A stretch of 64,000 nucleotides of DNA from Pseudomonadota bacterium (lineage in GTDB: Bacteria; Desulfobacterota; Desulfobacteria; Desulfobacterales; RPRI01): contig JBDRRF010000079.1 of the NCBI GenBank assembly GCA_043825875.1, positions 1 through 64,000 of the forward strand. The letters run 5' to 3'. Within the stretch, counting starts at the first letter, position 1. Each line of letters begins with the position of its first letter. The notes under the pieces were generated by a model. That model was not told the origin of the DNA and searched no databases. It saw only the letters and a list, made by a program, of their open reading frames with translations. Below, in pieces: positions 36,801 to 47,225 of this stretch. The position numbers were made by a program, and so were the translations under genes.

Positions 36801-37844
36801 TTATTTTTTTATATTGATTATCGAATATTTATCAGACCGGCATATTTTGATACAATTTATTTCGTTTATTTTTTCATCTTGTATCGTAGAGCATAAATTT
36901 ATATTTGTATTATTATCCAAAACAGGGCACTTGTAGAAAAGCTGATTTCTTAGCATCAGACAAGCAGCCGCAAAATTAAATGCGCTTCCTATTATCATAC
37001 TCCCGAAAACAGGCGAATATCCGGATATCGGCAAACCATTATTTGATATTTCTTCATAGCCTGATTCATCACCGGCCATGCCGTCAGCATCAATAATTAT
37101 AATATCAGGATTATTCTTTAATGCCTTTGAAAAAGAAATTTGAGAAACATTACCATAATTATTCTCACATTTTTCTTTAGATAACATTAAAAAAACTGAG
37201 CCTTCGCCCAAAACAGAAACAGGAGAATCCGAAAACATGAATGGCTTTATTTTTCCATCTGCTGCTGTTTTCAGTTTTATCTTGCAGGCATATTCCATAA
37301 CTGCGCTTAATTCATCAACACATCCACATAAAACATGTTCGCATCTATCTTCTTTAAGCCATGCATCGGCAAGAAGCAAAGCATTTTGAAACGGAGATGA
37401 AAAATCCGTAATTGTTACTGTCGGGCCCCGGCTTTCAAGAACAGTTGAAATATAAGAAACAGCAGCATTATGCACAGAGTTTGAAAATTTCGTTGGCGAT
37501 ACATTCGCATCTCCATAATCAAGTATATCATCAATAAAGCTGAATGTTGTTGTATGAGGGCCAAAAGCTGTAGCAAGTACTACTCCAAGCTTTTCATCAT
37601 TATTTAATGTTAAGCCACTGTCTTTGTATGCATCAACAGCTGACAGAACAGCCATTTTGCTGAACTTATCCGCCCTTCTTAGCTTTTTTGATAAAGTTTT
37701 GTCAGATAAAATATCTTTCGATACACGATATGCCGGAAACGAATCTGTCCAAAAAGGGTCTGCCCAACCTTGTTGTAAGGCGTTTTCAAAGCAATCGATA
37801 CCGCGACCGCGTGTAAAAACTATTCCAATTCCGGAAATATACAT
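36801..37844 (-). CDS. ketosynthase-like chain-length factor (no catalytic Cys)
   Basis: RRADKFSKM, SPTKFSNSVHNA; Cys position reads DFSS. Confidence 0.85.
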   Translation of the reverse strand: MYISGIGIVFTRGRGIDCFENALQQGWADPFWTDSFPAYRVSKDILSDKTLSKKLRRADKFSKMAVLSAVDAYKDSGLTLNNDEKLGVVLATAFGPHTTTFSFIDDILDYGDANVSPTKFSNSVHNAAVSYISTVLESRGPTVTITDFSSPFQNALLLADAWLKEDRCEHVLCGCVDELSAVMEYACKIKLKTAADGKIKPFMFSDSPVSVLGEGSVFLMLSKEKCENNYGNVSQISFSKALKNNPDIIIIDADGMAGDESGYEEISNNGLPISGYSPVFGSMIIGSAFNFAAACLMLRNQLFYKCPVLDNNTNINLCSTIQDEKINEINCIKICRSDKYSIINIKK

Positions 37845-37861
37845 ATCAAAACCAATTCTAT

Positions 37862-39025
37862 CTAAACTTTTTCAACAACAATCGCAGCATTATTTCCCCC
37901 AAAAGCAAGAGAAGTCGATACTGCATAAGAACCGCTTATATTTGTATTAACAGTAACAGGGTTAATAGGTATTTCATCACCTTTGGATATAAAGCCTGCG
38001 CTTGCAGGTATCCATTCCTGTTTAAGCGCTGCCGCAGTATAAGCAGCTTCAATACCTCCTGCACCCCCAAGCGTATGCCCTGTATATCCCTTTGTTGAAA
38101 AATATCTTATATTTTGCCCGAATATTCTCGATAATACTGCACTCTCCACTTTATCATTATCTATAGTACCTGTACCATGTGCATTTACAAAACAAACATC
38201 TTTTGCAGATATACCGGAATCTGACAAGGCTTTTTTTATTGCCGATTCAAGCCCTTTACCATCCGGCCGCGGTGCGGTAAGATGATATGAATCAGCAGCA
38301 GATCCATATCCCGAAAGATATAAAAGCGGGGTACCTCCTCTTTTTATATAAACATCTTCTCTTTCAAGAATAAGTATCCCTGCCCCTTCTCCCAGATTAA
38401 GGCCTGTCCTGTCTTTATCAAAAGGGGCACACAAAGAATTACTCAATATCCCTAAAGATCCGAATCCGCAATAAGGAACACGATTAAGTTCATCTGCTCC
38501 TCCGGCAATAACCATATCACAAATACCGGACCTTAGCCATAAAAGAGCTATACCTATTGCATCAGTGCCTGATGAGCATGCGTTTGCAACCGTAACTGAC
38601 GGTCCGGTTGCTTTTATCAAATGTGCAAGAGCTTCGGAAAGATTACCGCGTAAAAAGCGATCAACCGCCTTTAAGTCGGCATTACCAAATTTACGGAAAG
38701 TACTGTAAAAATCAATATCATTAAGTTGGCTTGCGACTGTTGTCCCCAGGCAAACACCAACATTAAATCCTGAAAGCGGCATTGAAAGTTTTGCATCACT
38801 AAAAGCCTCTTTTGCAGCAGTAAGAGCAAGATAGAAAGTGCGTATTCCTTCCATTTCCTTTTTTTCAGGAAGGTTTTTTACTTCAAAAACAGGATAGGCC
38901 AAGACATTTTGAAAAAGAGAAACCAATCCCGCGTTTCTTTTGCCGTTTTTCATAGAATTGAGGTTTTCTTCCAAATTAAAACCTGCAGCTGAAATTGTTC
39001 CTATCCCGGATATTACTACTTTCAT
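37862..39025 (-). CDS. beta-ketoacyl-ACP synthase
   Basis: NACSSG, NAHGTGT, KGYTGHTLG. Confidence 0.93.
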   Translation of the reverse strand: MKVVISGIGTISAAGFNLEENLNSMKNGKRNAGLVSLFQNVLAYPVFEVKNLPEKKEMEGIRTFYLALTAAKEAFSDAKLSMPLSGFNVGVCLGTTVASQLNDIDFYSTFRKFGNADLKAVDRFLRGNLSEALAHLIKATGPSVTVANACSSGTDAIGIALLWLRSGICDMVIAGGADELNRVPYCGFGSLGILSNSLCAPFDKDRTGLNLGEGAGILILEREDVYIKRGGTPLLYLSGYGSAADSYHLTAPRPDGKGLESAIKKALSDSGISAKDVCFVNAHGTGTIDNDKVESAVLSRIFGQNIRYFSTKGYTGHTLGGAGGIEAAYTAAALKQEWIPASAGFISKGDEIPINPVTVNTNISGSYAVSTSLAFGGNNAAIVVEKV

Positions 39026-39058
39026 AAATGATAATATATATTTTTATCTAAATGATTA

Positions 39059-39340
39059 TCAGGTTCTGGTGTTTTCATATACATATTTGGCAAGAGTATT
39101 TATAGAATAAAATATCTCTTTCCCCTGGTTCATATCTTTTACTTCAAGACCGAAGTTTCTCTGAAGCAGTACTACTATCTCGACAGCATCCAAAGAATCG
39201 AGACCAAGCCCTTCTCCAAAAAGGATTTCATCATCACCAATATCATCCGGCTCAATATCTTCTAACGAAAGGCTTTCAATCAACAGCTCTTTGAGCAGCT
39301 TTCTGATATCATCCAGATTCATTTTTTTAACTTCTTCCAT
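39059..39340 (-). CDS. acyl carrier protein
   Basis: LFGEGLGLDSLDAVE; start MEEVKK after AAGGAG. Confidence 0.92.
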   Translation of the reverse strand: MEEVKKMNLDDIRKLLKELLIESLSLEDIEPDDIGDDEILFGEGLGLDSLDAVEIVVLLQRNFGLEVKDMNQGKEIFYSINTLAKYVYENTRT

Positions 39341-39458
39341 CAACCATTCTCCTTCATTACCTTTCACAGCATTTGAATGCATCTTCTAACTGAATATGAA
39401 ACAAAAACACCAATACTTAAAACCCTATTTAATATTTGAAAGTGGCTCTAAGATTCCA

Positions 39459-40382
39459 TTATTCATCTTTCCATATATCATGAAAAAGAAAACACTGATA
39501 CGGATATCTGTTTGCAAATTCCTCCAATATATTGGCATATTGCTGTAGCCAGGGCACAAGCTCAATATCCTTTTTTCTCCTGCTGCATTGCGGATATAGA
39601 ACATTTGTCACATCAACAACATATTCATGAGCTGTGTTTTTTGCAGCAAGCAGTACCACAACCGGACATTTCGCCGATGCTGCTATAGCAAAAGCACTAT
39701 ATGGGAAATATGCATAATCGCCTAAAAAGTTTACTTTAGATGCTTTGGAGCCGTATCTCCTGTCTCCCATTATTGAAACAATATGCCCTTTTGAAAGAGC
39801 ATTCACAATTTCAATCACTCCGCCAAACTCCTGTTCGGGTGATATTATGTTTATGTCTCCTTTTTCATTTCCTACATTAAGAAAATCCCTAACTGCCTGA
39901 TTGTCTTCTTCCCGCATAAGAAGAAATACTTTTTTATCAAGTTTGTTAAGAGCTGTTAGCGCTATCTGCCAATTTCCGAAATGAGACGTAAGTAAAATTA
40001 AACCTTTTTCCGACTCTTGTATAATATTTTTAAGTTTTTCATAACCATTAAGTTTTAAATCAAAAACATCCTTCTTAGAGCAAATAACGGAAAAACGGTC
40101 AATAAGCTGCCTGCCCTGACTTATAAAAAGTCTGTAAATATGAAGATATTTTTTAAAATACCCGCTTTGCGGAAATCTCTTTTCTATATATGGCTTTGCG
40201 GAATATACAGCCTCTTTGTCAAAAATAATATAGTAAAGAGATACAATATACAAAAAGCCGTATGCTCCATAAAGTCCGGAAATACGGATAAACATCTCAA
40301 AAAACCAAAAGCCTAATCTGTTTCCTCTTTTTCTGGTTGCTGGCTTATCAATGTTATTTGTTTTTTGCCGATCCATTTTCAT
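39459..40382 (-). CDS. LpxL-like lipid acyltransferase
   Basis: LLTSHFGNWQ, IMGDR, FLG..FP, YPYQCFLFHDIW. Confidence 0.85.
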   Translation of the reverse strand: MKMDRQKTNNIDKPATRKRGNRLGFWFFEMFIRISGLYGAYGFLYIVSLYYIIFDKEAVYSAKPYIEKRFPQSGYFKKYLHIYRLFISQGRQLIDRFSVICSKKDVFDLKLNGYEKLKNIIQESEKGLILLTSHFGNWQIALTALNKLDKKVFLLMREEDNQAVRDFLNVGNEKGDINIISPEQEFGGVIEIVNALSKGHIVSIMGDRRYGSKASKVNFLGDYAYFPYSAFAIAASAKCPVVVLLAAKNTAHEYVVDVTNVLYPQCSRRKKDIELVPWLQQYANILEEFANRYPYQCFLFHDIWKDE

Positions 40383-40388
40383 ACTGTC

Positions 40389-41135
40389 TTATAAAGGCGA
40401 TACCATCTTTTTTTTAAATAAGACAAGTTGCATAATACGTTTACCGACAAGTCTTGTATGCATAAGTGATATACGCACATTATCCAAAAATGGTTTAAAT
40501 GCCGATACTCTTTCTTTTGGCTCAGGATACCAAACGCCTATATCTACTGTCTTTAATTTAAGGCCTGCCCATACAGCTCTTGCAAGAACTTCAGCTTCGA
40601 AATCATAATGTGAGCCATAACATTTAATTTTAGATACATACTTTACCGGATATGCCCTGAAACCGCTCTGACAGTCATTAATCGTGACGCCTGTTTCCAC
40701 TTGCAACCAGAACGATGCAAATTTTCTTCCAAAACGGCTTGATCCCGGTACGTTCTTAATATCAAAATCTCTGCAACCCACAATAATACTGGTTTCATTA
40801 TCTTGTAAAAGTGGTATAAATTTTTTTAAATCTTCAGGATAATGCTGGCCATCAGCATCTATTGTTACCATAAAAAGACCGTCTTGTTCTGCTATGTATT
40901 TCATAGCAGTAATTATGGCCTCTCCTTTTCCCCTGTTTTTATCATGTCTTATTACTTTAATTTTTGTTTCTGCAAACATTTTGACAATATCTGCATCAGT
41001 ACTTCCATCATCAACAACAAGAATATTTTTTAAGTATAAACTGCATTGATCGGCAATATTTTCAACCGTAAGGCAATTGTTATAAACCGGAATTACGCAC
41101 CAGATCCGGTCTGATCTAAAATCACTTTCCTGCAT
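40389..41135 (-). CDS. glycosyltransferase family 2
   Basis: IPVYN, VDDGSTD, NRGKG, DADGQH, DCQSGFRAYP. Confidence 0.93.
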   Translation of the reverse strand: MQESDFRSDRIWCVIPVYNNCLTVENIADQCSLYLKNILVVDDGSTDADIVKMFAETKIKVIRHDKNRGKGEAIITAMKYIAEQDGLFMVTIDADGQHYPEDLKKFIPLLQDNETSIIVGCRDFDIKNVPGSSRFGRKFASFWLQVETGVTINDCQSGFRAYPVKYVSKIKCYGSHYDFEAEVLARAVWAGLKLKTVDIGVWYPEPKERVSAFKPFLDNVRISLMHTRLVGKRIMQLVLFKKKMVSPL

Positions 41136-42495
41136 GAAGTCTATGCTTTCTTAGTTTTTTCTCGGATGGAACAAGCATATCCCACAATGATCCGGAATAA
41201 CCAAGCTTGTGCAAAAACTGCAAGCTTCCGTCCATGGCATCCGGAGGAAATACACAAGTCCTGATGCCGGAAAAGCCATCTGTCAGAGTCTTTTCAAGCC
41301 ATTGCCTTTCAATTCCTGGAGCAATATAATACACCGATTCAAGAAGAGAATCATCTTTTGAAACAAGCCCTTCTTCAATCGCAATTTTATGCAGTATAGT
41401 ATTCGGAAGTATCCGTATTCCCATAAAAATAAATGATGCCGTTTTCTTAAGACTTTTTATATTCTCAAGACCCTCAATCACCGTATCCTTGGTTTCTCCC
41501 GGACAGCCAAACATGTAAAAATGTGCTGTTGCCACTTTATGCCTTGCAAAAAGATCATTGCATTCAGCAATATCTTTAAACAAAAATGATTTCCCAAGCC
41601 TTTTTAATGTTGTATCAGTTGATGCGTCTGCTCCTATCTCAACTGCTTTAAGCCCAGTCTCTTTCATAAGCAAAATATCTTTATCTTTTAATCCTTCCGG
41701 TTTAAAAAATGCCGTCCATGGTATATTGATATTTCTCTTCTTCATTTCATGGATAACATCCAGATAGGCACCATCATCATCATTAAATACCGAATCAGTA
41801 AAAAAAATATAACTGGCCTTATGATCATTTATCAAAAGCTCTATATCATCTGCTACCGATACCGGATCACGCATACGAATGGCAGGACCCTCCAAAAGAG
41901 GGTAAGAGCAGTAAATGCATTTATGATTACATCCCCGTTTTGTTTGAACAGAGGCTATATTTCCGCTTTTTAGATAAAACTGCATGATATCCGGATCGTA
42001 GCAGGTGAATGGTATTTCTTTTCCGCTCATAAATTTTGATGCCCGGATGCAGCGTTTTTCCGGATAACTTCCCTTTTGTGCATTATCAGCAAATTGAACC
42101 ATCAGGGCTTCGCCTTCTCCCACTATTCCATAATCTGCACCTACTTTACTTAAAATTGCTTCCGGCATAATTGAAAACCCTGATCCGCCCATAACAACAG
42201 GAACTCCCGTTAGATTGTGGACTCTTTTGACAATCTGTTCTACTGCATCAACATAACGCTGTTCATTTAATAGGTTTACATTATCTATGTTTCTCATTGA
42301 AATTCCGACAAGATCAGGAGTAAATGACCGGATTTCGTTTTCAATCAATTCCAAAGACATATTGCTTTGAAGAAAATCGATTTGACGCACTTTGTGGCCG
42401 GCATTCTTTAATGCCGAAGCAACCATGCCAAGTCCTAATGGATAAACATAATATGGCGTACTTGCTACATTTGCGCTTATCAATAGTATCTTCAT
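41122..42495 (-). CDS. lipid-biosynthesis B12-binding radical SAM protein
   Basis: VYPLG, SMRNIDNV, GGSGFS, QTKRGCNHKCIYC, FTDSVFN. Confidence 0.92.
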   Translation of the reverse strand: MKILLISANVASTPYYVYPLGLGMVASALKNAGHKVRQIDFLQSNMSLELIENEIRSFTPDLVGISMRNIDNVNLLNEQRYVDAVEQIVKRVHNLTGVPVVMGGSGFSIMPEAILSKVGADYGIVGEGEALMVQFADNAQKGSYPEKRCIRASKFMSGKEIPFTCYDPDIMQFYLKSGNIASVQTKRGCNHKCIYCSYPLLEGPAIRMRDPVSVADDIELLINDHKASYIFFTDSVFNDDDGAYLDVIHEMKKRNINIPWTAFFKPEGLKDKDILLMKETGLKAVEIGADASTDTTLKRLGKSFLFKDIAECNDLFARHKVATAHFYMFGCPGETKDTVIEGLENIKSLKKTASFIFMGIRILPNTILHKIAIEEGLVSKDDSLLESVYYIAPGIERQWLEKTLTDGFSGIRTCVFPPDAMDGSLQFLHKLGYSGSLWDMLVPSEKKLRKHRLHAGK

Positions 42496-43766
42496 GGTTT
42501 TATGCCTCTGCTTTTTAATAAATCTCTATTGCGGGTTTTGGCAACAGGAACTTTTTTATATGTTCCGTCACGTTTTTCTTTTTCTATTACTTTAATAAAA
42601 AGCCTGGCCATCTGTATTTCCTTGCACATCTTGGAATAAAATGTTTCCCAGGCATATTCATACATTTTTTGAAGTGCATCAACACTCATTCTGGCAGGTT
42701 TAAATACAACTTCATCAGCAGTATAGTGAATCCAATCATTGTGAAGAATCCTGTTTTCTTTATCAAGCTGTGCTCTTATGGGTGTGTGAGGAAATGGGGT
42801 AAGAATTGTAAATTCAGCAAGATCCAGATCTATTTCCATCAGAAAATCAACAAGTCTTTTGATATAATCTTCATCATGATCATCTGTACCAAGAATAATA
42901 GTGCCTTCTACACCAATACCTCTTTCTTTTAAGCGTTTTATTCTTTTTCTGATGTGATCGGAAGTATCGACAATCGCCTGATAAACATACCAGCACCCGG
43001 CTTCTACAGCAAGATCCAGAATCTCATCATCATCTTTTATAGGATGTGATATCCATTTTCTTTTCAAAGGAATTAAGGCTTTAAACAGGGCTTTTTCCCA
43101 TTCATCATCCTGGGCCAAAGAGTTGTCAACAATAAACAAACGGTTGTTTTCTATACTTTCTATCTCGGCAACTACTGCATCAATAGGACGCGGCCTGAAT
43201 TTTCTTCCTCCAAGATACGGAGTGCAGCAGGGAAAACAGTTAAACCTACAGCCACGGGATGCATGTACAAGATCAACCATTTGAACACCGCGAAAATTAT
43301 AACTCTCACGATTTAATATACTTCTTCTTGCAGTTCCTATTAATGATGTCTCAGGAAAATCATGATAATAATTATATAATTTTTTAAGTTTGCCATCTTC
43401 AAAATCTTTTAAAACTTCATCAAAACGACCTTCGGCTTCTCCAACAAATACTGAATCGGCATGCAGTGCTGTTTCATCTGCATGAAGCATTGTGGCTATA
43501 CCGCCAAATATCACTTTTTTACCCCGCGCCCTGTATTCATCTGCTATTTCCCAGGCACGCGGCATCTGGCATGTGAGCATGACAGACATTGCAATCAAGT
43601 CTGCATCTTCATTAAAATCAAGGGGCTCAATATTTTCATCGCAAAACGATATTTCAATATCATCTCTTACAGCTGCGGCAAAAACTACCGGGCCATGAGG
43701 AGGAAGGTTAAATTCCGGCTGGTTTTTTAATTTTGGCCATTTCGGATAAATCAGTTTTATTTTCAC
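42492..43766 (-). CDS. B12-binding radical SAM protein
   Basis: GTG start VKIKLIYP after GAGGG; FGGI, GEAEG, SRGCRFNCFPC, VDNS. Confidence 0.9.
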   Translation of the reverse strand: MKIKLIYPKWPKLKNQPEFNLPPHGPVVFAAAVRDDIEISFCDENIEPLDFNEDADLIAMSVMLTCQMPRAWEIADEYRARGKKVIFGGIATMLHADETALHADSVFVGEAEGRFDEVLKDFEDGKLKKLYNYYHDFPETSLIGTARRSILNRESYNFRGVQMVDLVHASRGCRFNCFPCCTPYLGGRKFRPRPIDAVVAEIESIENNRLFIVDNSLAQDDEWEKALFKALIPLKRKWISHPIKDDDEILDLAVEAGCWYVYQAIVDTSDHIRKRIKRLKERGIGVEGTIILGTDDHDEDYIKRLVDFLMEIDLDLAEFTILTPFPHTPIRAQLDKENRILHNDWIHYTADEVVFKPARMSVDALQKMYEYAWETFYSKMCKEIQMARLFIKVIEKEKRDGTYKKVPVAKTRNRDLLKSRGIKP

Positions 43767-43792
43767 AAAATCCCTCTTATTAATAAACTTTG

Positions 43793-43875
43793 AGGATTCA
43801 AGTGGTCGAGGGTTCAAGATAGATATCAATCACATCTATGCCTTGAGCCCTTGAATCCTTGACCCCTGGAACCCT
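43793..43875. repeat. octamer-based palindromic repeat
   Basis: ggattcaagtggtcgagggttcaag..cttgagcccttgaatccttgacccctggaaccc. Confidence 0.75.
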
Positions 43876-43876
43876 T

Positions 43877-44557
43877 TCAGCTAAAACAATTTAAATCCGT
43901 TAAAGCTGACACCATCTCATCAAATACTGCTTTTTCTGATGCTGTAACAACATTTTCAAAATTCAAGTTTTTTTTGTTTAATACATTATCTTCTTTTTCC
44001 AAAACAAATGCTATGGCACAAGACTCTTCTGCTTTAACTGCTATCATTGTGGGAGTTTCTTTATCGGTTATGCTTTTTTTTGCAAAATACAACATAGAAG
44101 AAAATTTTCTATCGCTAAAAGACATATGAAGCAACGGGCCGGATAATCCAAAATGAATGGCAGCCTCTGCCATAGGAGTTGACGGCAGCGTATATATAAA
44201 AAGATTTCCTCTGGCAAGTATTCTCCCGCTCTCAATATAATCTTTATAGTAATTAATATTCGATTCAAGGCATCCTTGTTCATTGGTGCCCAAAACCCCT
44301 ATATCACTTTTATCCGCATGTTTTTGGTCATAAGAATAGATTATACCTGCATCTTTTAATGCAAGTGCTACACTAAAGCATGTATTTTTTGATATAATAT
44401 CAAATCTTTTAAAGTTTTTTACAGGGTATGAAAAAATTGATTCATTTTTAAAACAAGCATACAAGGAATCAAACCCTTTATACGATTTTTTATGTTTTCC
44501 GATAGTATATCCGTATTCTTTATCGTCAAGCCAGCCTATGCCCGTTACAACAATCAT
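43877..44557 (-). CDS. short ketosynthase N-terminal-like protein (CLF-like)
   Basis: NFKRFD, RGNLFIYTLPSTP..AAIHFGLSGP; no active-site Cys motif. Confidence 0.75.
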   Translation of the reverse strand: MIVVTGIGWLDDKEYGYTIGKHKKSYKGFDSLYACFKNESIFSYPVKNFKRFDIISKNTCFSVALALKDAGIIYSYDQKHADKSDIGVLGTNEQGCLESNINYYKDYIESGRILARGNLFIYTLPSTPMAEAAIHFGLSGPLLHMSFSDRKFSSMLYFAKKSITDKETPTMIAVKAEESCAIAFVLEKEDNVLNKKNLNFENVVTASEKAVFDEMVSALTDLNCFS

Positions 44558-44565
44558 GAAAATTC

Positions 44566-45690
44566 CTAATTTTTAAGAATAAGCGCAGAATTAACTCCGC
44601 CAAAACCCGAATTGATTGAAAGAGTATAATTACTTTTATAAGATTGAGAAGATGAAAAAACCCAGCCCATTGCTTCTTCATCTACATTATTTAAATTAAC
44701 AGTTGGAGGTGTAATTTTTGTATTCAAAGACTCAAATGAAATTATTATTTCAAGAATACCCGCAGCACCAAGTGTATGACCTATTCCACCCTTAATCGAA
44801 TAAACAGGCAGTTTAGGTTCACCAAAGATTTTTTTAATTGCTTTCATTTCCATAGAATCATTGTATACAGTGCCGGTTCCGTGTGCCGATACGGACCCGA
44901 TTTCATTTTCAGATATTCCGGCAGATTGTAATGAATTAGAAATAGCTTGGCAAAGGCCGCTTCCGTCTCTTGAAGGGCCGGTTATATGGTTTGCATCATT
45001 TGACAAACCCCAACCTGCAACCTCACCCAGTACTTTCACATTATTTTTAACAGACCTTTCTTCACTCATAAGAAGCACATAACCGGCTGCTTCGCCAAGA
45101 CTTAAACCCCGTCTGTTTTCATCAAAAGGTTTTGCCTTGTCAGGATCAAGGGCCATCAGAGAAGAAAAACCGGCAGTAACAAATTCGGAAACACAATCAC
45201 AGCCTATAACTAAAACACTATCATAATCATTGTTTCTAATCAATGAAGCAGCCCTTGATACTGCAATGCTTGATGAAGCACATGCCGATGATACAACCGT
45301 TCCTTTGCCACAGGTTCCGGCAAGCCTCATTATCTTATCAAGCAAATAATCCGGCAGGCTTTCTTTTGCGCTTTGTTCTTCGCCCAAAACAAAGCGTTGC
45401 AGATATTCAATCTCACCATTTGTTGTAGCAAGAATAACAAAAGTATCATCAGGAATTTTTACCGTGTCCTTTGCAAGAAGCGGTCTTATCATCTGCATGA
45501 CAAGAGACTCTTCCTGTCTTATTTTAAGGCCCTCAATAATTCCGGCATTACCGGTTTGCATATTTAATGTGGCAAAACGCTCGATTGGCCGGATTGCGGT
45601 TATACCTGAAAAAAGCCCATCCCAGCATTTATCGGTGCCCCAGCCATAAGATGTAACCATATCGTATGCAACCGCAACAGCTCTTGTCAT
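44566..45690 (-). CDS. beta-ketoacyl-ACP synthase
   Basis: SSACASS, SAHGTGT, KGGIGHTLG, SGFGG. Confidence 0.93.
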   Translation of the reverse strand: MTRAVAVAYDMVTSYGWGTDKCWDGLFSGITAIRPIERFATLNMQTGNAGIIEGLKIRQEESLVMQMIRPLLAKDTVKIPDDTFVILATTNGEIEYLQRFVLGEEQSAKESLPDYLLDKIMRLAGTCGKGTVVSSACASSSIAVSRAASLIRNNDYDSVLVIGCDCVSEFVTAGFSSLMALDPDKAKPFDENRRGLSLGEAAGYVLLMSEERSVKNNVKVLGEVAGWGLSNDANHITGPSRDGSGLCQAISNSLQSAGISENEIGSVSAHGTGTVYNDSMEMKAIKKIFGEPKLPVYSIKGGIGHTLGAAGILEIIISFESLNTKITPPTVNLNNVDEEAMGWVFSSSQSYKSNYTLSINSGFGGVNSALILKN

Positions 45691-46187
45691 TTAATCTCTC
45701 CTGCCATCCATCTTTTGCGGCATCTTTCAAGAAGTTCGGGGGATGCTATAATAACTTCACCGCTTAAAGCATCTGTAAACATCTGTATAGTATAACCTGT
45801 TGCAGCAATACTTTTATCTTTTTTTGTAATTATAAATTCGGTATTAAGTCTTGCGCCTTCATTCCAGATAAGAGAAGCAGTAACACTAAATTCTTCATCT
45901 AACATCAGCGAAAGATAATAATCTATATGAAGCTGTATTATCGGAGCCCTTAAATTTGAATCATAGAAATCTTTATAAGTAAGATTGCATTTTCTTCCAA
46001 GCGCAGCAGATGCTTCTTCAAAAAACTCTGGATACCTCCCATGCCATGAAATTCCCATAACATCGGCTTCGCTGAATCCGACACGTCTTGTTATACTTGT
46101 CAAAACAGGATCTGGAACACCTTTAACACGTTCGAAATAACCGTTTTTTCTTCTGCGCAATAATGTGCGATCTTTATTTGTATTCAT
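45687..46187 (-). CDS. acyl-CoA/ACP thioesterase (4HBT hotdog)
   Basis: FSEADVMGISWHGRYPEFFEEA. Confidence 0.9.
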   Translation of the reverse strand: MNTNKDRTLLRRRKNGYFERVKGVPDPVLTSITRRVGFSEADVMGISWHGRYPEFFEEASAALGRKCNLTYKDFYDSNLRAPIIQLHIDYYLSLMLDEEFSVTASLIWNEGARLNTEFIITKKDKSIAATGYTIQMFTDALSGEVIIASPELLERCRKRWMAGEIK

Positions 46188-46188
46188 A

Positions 46189-46560
46189 TTAAACCAATGA
46201 CACTTTCAATTGTATTTCTGCTACCTTTGTATCACCGCTTGTAACAGATGCCTTTATCTTTGATTCTTTTACTTCTTCATTAATTTTTGTGGATACAATT
46301 ATAATTTCCTGATTTACAGTTACCGAAGCAACAAATTTTGCCAGCAAAATCTCTGTTAAGCAAATTTTTTTTCCATGATATTTTTCAAGCATTGCAATTA
46401 CCGACTGAATTTTACAAACACCCGGCAAAATAGGCCTGTCCGGAAAATGACCTTTAAATCCTGTAAATTCAGGCAAAAAAATAAATCGGGCTGTTATACC
46501 ACCTTTACTTTCCGTAAGCTCAAACATGGATTCATTTATCTGTTGCATCAGGATATTCAT
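46189..46560 (-). CDS. FabA/FabZ-like 3-hydroxyacyl-ACP dehydratase
   Basis: FKGHFPDRPILPGVC, AKF. Confidence 0.88.
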   Translation of the reverse strand: MNILMQQINESMFELTESKGGITARFIFLPEFTGFKGHFPDRPILPGVCKIQSVIAMLEKYHGKKICLTEILLAKFVASVTVNQEIIIVSTKINEEVKESKIKASVTSGDTKVAEIQLKVSLV

Positions 46561-47225
46561 TGCCTGACCTCTTTTAGCCTTAATATCAACCTATAATCAT
46601 ATTTGTAATTATTAAGGATTATTCCGGATGGATGTATTTTGCCACATTTATTCTTATATTCATAATAATTAACACACCATATGACATCATCTTTAACAAG
46701 GTATCTTTTTTTAACAAGAAAATTGTTTTGCCCTGCAAAAACATATTCAGTAGTTAAATCAGCATCTTTTTGGCTAAAAACAATTTCACATTTATTTTTA
46801 TGTACTTTTGAGCCGTTTTCAGGCAGACGATCAAAAAATATTTTCCTTATATCATCTCCCACAGCTTCGGCGAAATTCCCTTTTTTGGTAAATTCTTCGA
46901 TAGCAAATTTTAATATGTTTTTATCCTTTTCACCAACGAGTTCAAAAAGTTTGATTCCAACCGGGTTTATACCTGCTACCGTAAACACTTTATCTTTCGT
47001 ATCAATATCCGAATATCCTATAAATGAAATGGACTGCCCCTTATATTCAAAAACGATAGTATTTATTATCTGAAATTTTTCAGGAAGCACCAGCGCAAAG
47101 TTTTCTATTACACTGTCAGGATCAACATTTTCCATCAAAACACAGGAAGTTTTATTAAAGGGAATATTGCTGCAACCAGCAAATAATAAAAAAATAATCC
47201 CTGTAATAGCAAAATATCTTAGCAT
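46557..47225 (-). CDS. lipoprotein (DUF3261-like)
   Basis: lipobox LFAGC, NPVGIKLFEL, DIRKIF; position typical of aryl-polyene-like clusters. Confidence 0.7.
   Translation of the reverse strand: MLRYFAITGIIFLLFAGCSNIPFNKTSCVLMENVDPDSVIENFALVLPEKFQIINTIVFEYKGQSISFIGYSDIDTKDKVFTVAGINPVGIKLFELVGEKDKNILKFAIEEFTKKGNFAEAVGDDIRKIFFDRLPENGSKVHKNKCEIVFSQKDADLTTEYVFAGQNNFLVKKRYLVKDDVIWCVNYYEYKNKCGKIHPSGIILNNYKYDYRLILRLKEVRQ

Noticed and set aside
39435..39448. Additional full MITE copy
   Set aside because: Only a 14-bp terminus (TTTGAAAGTGGCTC) remains, with no core
43767..43829. N-terminal extension of the B12-rSAM
   Set aside because: Lies in the octamer repeat; GTG at 43766 has an RBS
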